Origin: Trichinella spiralis
Taxonomy: Eukaryota
NCBI RefSeq assembly: GCF_000181795.1
Contig: NW_003526945.1
Coordinates: forward strand, 5,247,094 to 5,311,093
Length of the DNA stretch: 64,000 nucleotides
Direction of reading: 5' to 3'
The notes beneath the pieces were generated by a model. It did not search any database and had not been told where the DNA came from. It saw only the letters and a program-made list of their open reading frames with translations. Shown piece by piece: positions 55,424 to 64,000 of the stretch (within the stretch, counting starts at the first letter, position 1; every line of letters begins with the position of its first letter). The translations under genes and the position numbers were made by a program.

Positions 55424-56640
55424 AAAAAAAATCCGATTTTTATTATGTGATTTTATAAATTATTGGTAATGGATTGAAAATTATTGATTCGACGGTGATC
55501 TTTAGTCGTGACCACGTTTTATACTGCTACTAGTGAACTGCTGAATTGCCAATAAAATTAATTATGTGTGAGAAATTAATTATTGGTTCGAAAAAATTTC
55601 AAAAAGTATCTTCTCATCTGAAGAATCGTTTGTGAAAACTTGTTTGTAAATTTAACGAAATGTTTTACTTGTGTTCAGTTTTTATTTTTCAAAAAAAACG
55701 AATGTAAATTTTATTTTGATGAACGTAAATAATTTTTTTCTCGTATTTTTATTTTTCAAGCGTTATTTTGATTTTATTTTGTAAAATATTCCACTTTTGT
55801 TTCATCAATGTTTGAAGTTTTCATTTCAGTATCTTCACGATGCAAGAGAAATGCAACATCACCGACCTACTTTTTCGAACGTTTAAATTCGTTTGGTTTT
55901 TGAAAAATTTGAAAATATGCAACAACAACAACAATCAAAAATTAAACTTACAGTATTATTAAATCAACGTTGTTGTTGTTGTTTTTTTATGTTTGATTAA
56001 TTATTTATTAGCATGCTTGATTTTTAATTGAATGGCCAGTTTTCGAACAACAGCAACAAGAATGTGTACGCGTATGCGTGTGTGTGTGTGACGCGGTCCC
56101 CCCGTTCTGACGTAATGGTGATAATTTGAATGTTGATTTTGATGATCGGACAATTTTTCCAATCTTGATCAAGGTGATCAAGCGCGTCAGAAAAAACCAG
56201 TCGTCAAATTTGCATAATGAACATTTTTTTTCATTTTTTCGCATAACTTTGCTGTTGTATAATTTTTTGGTGGAAAAAAAATTTCCATCCGGTTGATTGG
56301 CTTGCATTGGGCTAATTTTCCCTACGATTCTTCACCGGTTTTGAAACTGTTTAACGGTAAATATTGATGAAAACGTCTTACCTTATCAACCGTTGGCGTC
56401 CGTTATTTCAACAGTAAGTAGTAAATGATGATCGATTTACAATGAAAATTCGCTTGTTCAAACGGGATCCAATCAATCGATTGTTGTTTACTTTACAATT
56501 AAAATTCTAATAAATTGCTTGTACGTTTTCTTAATTTTATTTAATAAATTATCCATTTCGGGGATGTTTCTGCTATTTTTTACAGTTGGGCATGTCATTC
56601 ATACGCGTGAACGCGTTCTCAAAGTTGTTATTGTTAATCG

Positions 56641-56673
56641 TGTTTGTTTGTTTGTTTGTTTGTTTGTTTGTTT
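56641..56673. repeat. (TTTG)n microsatellite
   Basis: tgtttgtttgtttgtttgtttgtttgtttgttt. Confidence 0.85.
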
Positions 56674-57577
56674 ACTTGCTTATTATTTGAAATATCTTTC
56701 AGTGATCAGCACTGTCGAAATTTGCAAAAGGTTGCGATCGTCATTATTCAAATTTTTTGCAAATCAGGTAACTCCAACTTTTTTAAAAAATGTTTTTGTA
56801 CTTTTTGTCAAAACTTTTTACAAATTTGAAATTGTTGGCCGACATTTTTTTTCTTAATAATTTTATTTTTCCAATTTTTTATTTATTATTCAACAAGATA
56901 TTAATTGCATTTTTGTTCGCTCATTTCTCGTTGATTGTTCTGCCAACTTTGCCAATTTCGTTTAGACAACACCATTTTTTTTTAATTTCATTTTTTCGTC
57001 TGGTTGAATTTTATTTCATCCCATTTATTATTATACATTTTACAAAATATTCATTCCAAAAAACTTAATTAGTTCAATAATTACAATGTTTGATAGTTTT
57101 GTAAACCAACTGTAAACATCAATTTTCATTCATCTTCATTGTTACAGTAGCAGATTGTTTTATCCCTTTTTTTATTTCTGTTGAATAAACATTTTCGTTT
57201 TTTCATCCAATGAATTATATTGATATTTGATAGTTTTATTTAAATAAAACGAAAAAAATATTAAACAAACATTTGTTTACAGTTTATTTTTTACGTGTGA
57301 TTGCACTGAATGTAAAAGTACTGTAGAAGTTAATTTTGCGGTTGTAGTGAAATAATCAATCGAAACTGTGTAATAATTTAAAAATTTTTACAATCAAACT
57401 TAATTTTTTTCAACTTTAACAATACCTGAACCGAAGCATTTATTTCACGTGACAAAAATTACACGCACACGTGCATAATTTATTCTACACATGGTGATGA
57501 TGAGGCATATACATATATATAGATGTATACATTGTAGGATAAATTTTGCGCTTGAAGATCCACATTTGAAAAAAAAA

Positions 57578-59026
57578 ATGAAGAAACAGCAGCAAAGTTG
57601 TTCAAATGAAAGTGTGGGAAATTTTAATTGTTTTTTGGATCCAAATTATAAAGACACCAACGAAGTTATAAAATACTATTCGGCAATGGCAACAAATTAC
57701 GATACTGTAAATTGTTTTTCTCATATCTTTGCACTGCAAATTGTAATTATTACGATCATTCATTCATTCATACGACATTACGTGAAATATTTTCAACGAT
57801 CAACTTTGATTTTCATGTCTTAATTATGGAAATATACACTGAAGAGAAAAAAAAACAAATTAAAAATTAAACTAACAACGATTATTGATAATATATATGA
57901 AAAATTGTGACATAACTCGATTGGTTTTATATTTGTACAGAAATGATATTTTTTTTTAATTTTTAATTTAGATTATCGATAATGGATATTACAGAGGTCC
58001 AAAAATTGTAGCCAGTTCTGTGAATGATATAATTGAAGATAAAAATGCTCTACTGATTGATATTTGCGGAGGAACCGGCTCCACAGCTTTGGAAGTAAAT
58101 AATTTTTATACGAAATGAATTTGTAATCTGACATTGCGACTCGAATTTATTGAAATTTTCTGTTTTTTTTTAATTAATGAAATCAACTATATCGAAACTT
58201 TTTCTTCTTTAATAATTATTTCTATTTTTTAAAATGACAATTATTTTACTCGACATCGTCAATCAGTAGTATTTTCTAAAACTGGTAATTGTTATTATAT
58301 TCATTTGAATTTTATTTTTCATTCAATTCATGTATATTATTCGATAGTGAACAAGCAAATCAATGAAAAAAAAAAGAAGAAAGATGTATTTTTTTTCTCC
58401 TGTACCTAATGGGGTTATTTTTGTCGGTTTTAATTAATTTTGCATTTTCAGTTGCGAAAATACGGATTTCAGAACATTGATTGCATCGACGCTTGCGAAA
58501 GTATGCTTGAAATTGCAAAGCAAAAAAGTGCATACTCGAATTGCATCTGCGAACTGTTGCTTCCGGGAAAACAGTCTACTTTGAATGCCGGTAACTTTCG
58601 TTTTGCAGCATCATTTTGCACTGACTATTATTATTATTTTTTTTTATTGAAGAAAAATACGACTGTGTTTTTTGTGTTGGCTCGTTTGCTCCTGGACATT
58701 TGCAACCTGAAGTGGTGGATGAATTTATTCGCATCCTGAAAAATGGTGAGCATCAACGTTAAACCATTGGAAAATTATGCCATTTTTTGTTGTTTTGTTT
58801 TGTTTTTTAATAAGCATATTCTTTTTTGCATAATTGTTTTCATTTTGCAGAAGGATATTGTGTGATCGGGATGAGAGAGGAATGGCTTTACGCTGCCGAC
58901 GATTACAGAGACAAATTGGAACCGTATATGTTTAAATTGAAAAAATGGCGCTTGATCAAGCGAGAAAAGTTTGAAAATTGGTTCGAAAATCATTCAGGCA
59001 TTGTCTATATTTTCAAAAAATGCTAA
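57578..59026 (+). CDS. METTL27/WBSCR27-like class I SAM-dependent methyltransferase
   Basis: Exons 57578..57706, 57972..58094, 58452..58590, ~58653..58745, 58851..59026: YYSAMATNYDT, YYRGPKIVA, LLIDICGGTG (motif I), GFQNIDCIDACESMLEIAKQK..Y, YDCVFCVGSFAPGHL, EFIRILKNG.GYCVI, SGIVYIFKK. Confidence 0.85.
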
Positions 59027-60333
59027 TTTTACCTTTTTATTTTTAATCATAAATGTTTTAATTCTTCTTTCCCTTTTCCAATTATGATGGAAATGATGAT
59101 TCTATTCGAATGCTAATTTGGCGTTTTTATACATTTTTGAAATTACTGTAATGTTCTACTTCAATCTCTTACGTTACCATGATTATTAGTATTTTCGTTT
59201 GAAATAAAAAAAATTGTATTTTAAATCTCATTTTTCATTTTATTGATTTCAAATTAATTTTATGATATCAAAATTCAACAAGCGTTTGTATAGTTGCCCC
59301 GTTCCGTACAACAAGCACCGCGAAAGCAGAAAATACTTTTCCATTTGTCAGCATTGGAGTGATTCACAGAAAATTCGATCGCCGTAACTGATATTTCCTG
59401 CGTTGACGACGATGACAAATAGCATGATCAATGTCATCGTGATTCACTGATCAAACATATCACTCATTTCCTAATGCGCATATTAAATGGATGACACATC
59501 GAAATCCGTACAAACATACCGGCAACATGACAACACTTTGAAATGATTCAACAAAAAACAGCAAATCTTTCACAACCGTTTTTCCCCTCCTATTTGACGT
59601 TTATTCAAATTACTCTTCCAATAAATAATAATTCGATCATACACACCAAAATGCTTCACATAAATATTTTCATATTTATCGTTCACATCAGATATTTTTT
59701 CAGTATGTTTAATTAATATTTTTCAAAAAACTGAAGCTTTATTCAAATGAATTTCCCATAAGCGCACTGTCATTTTCAATAATAGCACATTACCAGTTTA
59801 CAGACACTACTAAATACTAGTCCTGTAATTTTGATTCTAAAAAGCACTGAATATCCGGCATTTATCTGACATTACCAAAATTAACCAAAGCAGGTCACCA
59901 CATGTTTTACACAATGACTATGTTTATTATGGTGAATCGGCCAAAGTTCAGTGTCATCACTGGGGCGAACGATACTATTTTATTTCTGTTTTAAGATATA
60001 CACCCACTTTGTAAAGTTTGACGTTTCAAAAGTAAAACATTCATTGAAAGTTGTGTTATCAATTTTTACAGCACATTTCCAACAGATTTTGAAATTTGCA
60101 CCACGTGCGCAACCATCTGATTTGAAAATGACATGTTAACAGAACACTGATTAAAGTGCTACATAATTGCATTTACTCAAAATAGCAATGACTGGAAAAT
60201 CAAATGATTAAGAATGTGAAAAACGTCCCTATCCATAACAATAACTTCCCAAAGTAAATTTTTCAACAAACACATTTTCCATCTAATTTATTTATTTTTA
60301 TCCCATTCACCAAAAAAGCAAAGAGAAAAAACA

Positions 60334-61103
60334 CTATGCGTCCGTATACTTCATAAAAATCACATCTTCAGCATTATTCATTGGGGTTTCACCTGGAGCG
60401 ACCGTGCGAAATCCAAAATAGGAAAAACTTCGAATCAGAAGTGCTCGATCATTGCGCTCTTTATCGATTACCAAATAAATTTCTTCAAGTTTCAAGGTTT
60501 CGGTCACAAACTCTAACACGCTGATAAACCTAGAAAAATTGCTTTTATTAAAACAACAGCCCTTTGAAATTAATACACACACTATTAATAATATTACTAC
60601 ACATTAACTAATATACAATGACTAAAAGTGTAGCTTACCCTTTCCTTGATAACAGCGCAACATCTGTCAAAGTTACATAAAGATGAATACATTTTGGTGA
60701 AACAATTATAGCATTCCAGATGTTTTTAATGCCATCGGTGACCCCAATGATAAATTTTAATCTTACTGCTTCAAATGATTGCAAAGAATTATTCTGAAAA
60801 AAACACTATCATTAATATCATATGTGAAAAATCGTTGAAACAAAAAACTTACTAAAAATTGTTGCATGCATAAATCAGAGTTCAAAACAGAGGGCTCTGT
60901 TTTGAACCCCACACCGCTGCCCTCTGCGCACTTAAAAGTGCATTTGCTGTCGGCGGCGTGAGGCACATCAGGAGCACCATTTTAGGCCTCCATCAAGTTG
61001 GATAGAGAAATGAATACACCTAAAAAAATACACCATCAACTTCAATTCAGAACAAAATTTCATAACGCTATCACCCAAAGTTGTTCGGGATTCGAAGCTG
61101 CAT
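60334..61103 (-). CDS. OAZ: Ornithine decarboxylase antizyme; requires a +1 programmed ribosomal frameshift
   Basis: Exons 61103..61075, 61019..60853, 60793..60639, 60529..60334. ORF1 is MQLRIPNNFGCIHFSIQLDGGLKWCS*, ending TGG TGC TCC TGA. The +1 frame continues DVPHAAD...SRKGFISVLEFVTETLKLEEIYLVIDKERNDRALLIRSFSYFGFRTVAPG...FMKY, the antizyme core. Confidence 0.95.
60880..60979 (-). promoter_or_regulatory. Antizyme +1 frameshift cassette: UGG-UGC-UCC-UGA-U shift site plus 3' RNA pseudoknot
   Basis: UCC at 60973..60971, UGA at 60970..60968. Stem 1 GCCUCACGCCGC (60964..60953) pairs with GCGGUGUGGGGU (60917..60906). Stem 2 CAGAGGGC (60926..60919) pairs with GCCCUCUG (60895..60888). Confidence 0.9.
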
Positions 61104-61899
61104 TTTCAGAGAGACACACACACAGAGAGAGAGAGAGAGAAAGAGCAACTGCAAAACGACCAACCCGACTGAAAGTCGAAATATGAGCAATGAAACTGAT
61201 GACGTCAGAGTCTGTTTGTTTTTTACCTGCAAATCACTTAAGACATACTGTATCAGTTATTAAAATCAATTAAATAAATATAAATAAAAATTATCATCAG
61301 GATATTTAAATAAATACTTTTATTTATAATTTATAATAATAACTATTTGATTTTTAATTTTACAAATCACAATTTTTATTACAGTAAAATTTTATTCATG
61401 GTCCATATTTCTTATAATAAATGAAAGTGATACAAGTTTATTAAGTGAAATATATTTCAAAAATAATATAACAATTATGAATATATTAATTTTAAATTTA
61501 ATTCATTTTCACCGTTTATTTGTATATGGAATTATTTTAATTGTACTTAACTTTTCTTTATTTTACAGAATGCACTGTACTACATGAGAAGTAAATAGAA
61601 TATTATCCAATTCAATACAGTTGAATTGTATTGATTTTTTCTAATTTTCATTGTACGTTTATATTATACTTCTGGCCTATTTGAAAGGGAAGAAACGTAT
61701 TAAAAATATACAATATTGAAAATTACACTGATGAGTTTTGTGATAAATCATAATTTAAGTTTTATTGTTTTATCAAAATGGTTAATTGAGCTTATCAGTA
61801 GATTATTTACATTCAGTTCAAATGGCGCGTTTTTTATCGCAGTCCATTAAATTTTAAAATACGGCGTACTTTTATTTTAGTATCAATACTTGAAATAAA

Positions 61900-63409
61900 A
61901 TGACCACAAAGCAGTTGCCTGTGTACACTTATCCAGCTATTCCAAATTTGATAAGTACATGTGCATTTCCAGTTTCATAATTACTATATAAATGTTGATG
62001 GTTGTTTTCCAAAATAATGTAATATGATAAAATTCTAAGAAAATTTTTTTAATGTTTTATAAGACGAAACACTGTATTTACAACTTGTTTAATGCATTTT
62101 TACATAGTGTGCTTATTTCCAATGCCGTTTATTTGTAGTTTATAATTAAATAGAAATGACTGTTTATCATTCATAATTTAGAATTTTTAATTAATTTGTT
62201 TTACGAAAGGGAAGCATTTATTATTCGCGGTATTGATATCGGAAAATGTACTGCACTGTGGTCCAGCGTTGAATATTTAAAGTCAAAAATACCGGATGAG
62301 GTGAATGCTAGTGTTCATGTATCAACAAATCCGAAACTGAACTTTCTTAGAAGAAACTTTGAATACAAGTATGTTGCTCATGATATATGACACGGGTTAG
62401 ATATTTATTTGTTTTCTTTTATTTCATAGAATTCTGAAGTTGAAAGCCATTCTAGAAAGATGTAGCCGAAATGAACAAACAGAATTTTTTCTTTCAAAAG
62501 TGTGATTGAAAAGTGTGTACATTTTCCAGTAACTATTTCTATTATAGGATGAAAAATATTACATGCGTGCATTAGGCAGTGATCATCGCAAGGACGCCGC
62601 ATGTATTCAAACTGATTTCCCCTACTTAATGCCAGATTTGCAGCTGCCGTTTCTGTTTGATAAGGATAAAATTTTTTCTTCCGTTCTGAGAATATCATCT
62701 GCAGACATACAAATATGGACCCATTACGATGTCTGCATCACATTTATAAAATCAGTTGTTATTCTGTGACTTTTTTTAGATTATGGATAATATTTTATTA
62801 CAAATTGTTGGACGAAAACGAGTAGTCTTGTTTGATCCATCACAGATTCCGTATCTGTATTTAGAAGGTGTTGAAGCAGCGCATAAATTATTCACAGTTT
62901 TTAATTAATATACATTTTAGGTGACAAGTCAAAGGTCATCGATATCGATGATTTGGAAAGTACTGAATTTCCCCAATTTCAGCGTGCAGTACGTAATGAA
63001 GGCATTCTTTATCCTGGTGATGTTCTGTATATTCCAGGTGCGGAATGAAATGTTTGCTTAATTTTTCAAATGAAACTTTATTTTAAATTAAGAACTTTTT
63101 ATTTTAATTAAATTTTTAATTGAAAATGTTTACAATTTATAATTTCATTTAGCTCTGTGGTTTCATAATACAACGGCTATGGATTTCAGTATATCAGTGA
63201 ATATTTTTTGGCAACATCTTGATAGTTCGTTTTATGATAAAAAAGATTTATATGGAAATCGCGATCTTATTCTTGCACAGAAAGCTTTCCAATGCTTTGA
63301 CCAAGGAGCAAAACTTTTAGAGAAGCTGCCATCACCATATCGACAGTTTTACTTTTCACGCTCCTTGCAGTTGCTTCAGGATAAAATTGATTCAACCAAT
63401 GAAAAATAA
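61900..63409 (+). CDS. TYW5: tRNA wybutosine-synthesizing protein 5 (JmjC hydroxylase), multi-exon
   Basis: IIRGIDIGKCTALWSSVEYL, VHVS..KLNFLRRNFEYK, DEKYYMRALGSDHRKDAA, FSSVLRISS..QIWTHYD|IMDN (HxD), QIVGRKRVVLF, YLYLEGDKSKV, LYPGDVLYIPALWFHN, SVNIFWQHL..YDKKDLYGNRD, LP.PYRQFY. The 5' exons are less certain. Confidence 0.92.
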
Positions 63410-64000
63410 AGATGCTCAATATTTTTCATAATACTTGTGAAAATTTGAATTATTGTTCATTATTAAATGTACATTTATAAAAATACGACTGTTCAATGGA
63501 ATCATGATCACTGATTTCATTTATTAATAAATAGCGTTACTGTCAGAAACAGGGGAAATCAGCATACTAATATACCTGTAATAATAATTATAGTTATAAT
63601 AATTTTTAAACTTTATGTCGTGTTCAGGTTTTACATTTTTATATTTTATTATTGATTTTACGACTTTATTTCAACTTGAATTTTCTTTTACAGTACTTAC
63701 TTTTGTTACAGTACGTAAGCTGTGATTATTTCTTTGAAGCGTGTGGCATATGCAAAATATATCATTCATTTGGAATTCTATTTTATTATAGCTATTTTAT
63801 ATCTTGGACACACATAATTATTAAATTGTATAATGAAGTTATTTCTTTTTGATTTATTTTATAATTTGGCACATTTTCTTGCCATCTTTGTTTATTTCTG
63901 ACTTAACACAATCATATTTCACTTGGGAAAAAAGTTTTGCTTTAATTATTAATATATTAATTGTTATTTGTTTTTTATAGTGCATTTCCGAAATGGTCAT

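Noticed and set aside
61238..61246. AUG-UCU-UAA mini-uORF upstream of antizyme (- strand)
   Set aside because: Transcript 5' end unknown; likely upstream of the splice/trans-splice acceptor and expected by chance.

Overview
AT-rich, gene-dense eukaryotic genomic scaffold with short (~55-90 nt) spliceosomal introns and TTTCAG-type acceptors. It most resembles a clade I nematode such as Trichinella; this is an inference, not a database result. Most genes are spliced, so the ORF track is misleading and exons were stitched by hand. In order: the 3' part of a MARVEL-domain gene (missed by the ORF track), an intronless Ihog/CDON/BOC-like Ig-FN3 receptor, zinc transporter ZnT5, an atypical peroxiredoxin, DJ-1, and an uncharacterised two-exon gene. 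Next is a ~20 kb degenerate region: an integrase-like remnant, an ACBP pseudogene, TTC27 cut by a gap, a piggyBac relic, a probably mis-oriented contig between two N-gaps, and a heptad-repeat gene running into a gap. Then come a large lineage-specific secreted protein, RPF2, a low-complexity orphan gene, DERA (with a GC-AG intron), a METTL27-like methyltransferase, ornithine decarboxylase antizyme and TYW5. The strongest signal is the antizyme gene. It needs a +1 ribosomal frameshift at UCC-UGA-U, which is followed 3 nt later by a clear pseudoknot, and a perfect 13-nt inverted repeat is mutually exclusive with stem 2 of that pseudoknot.
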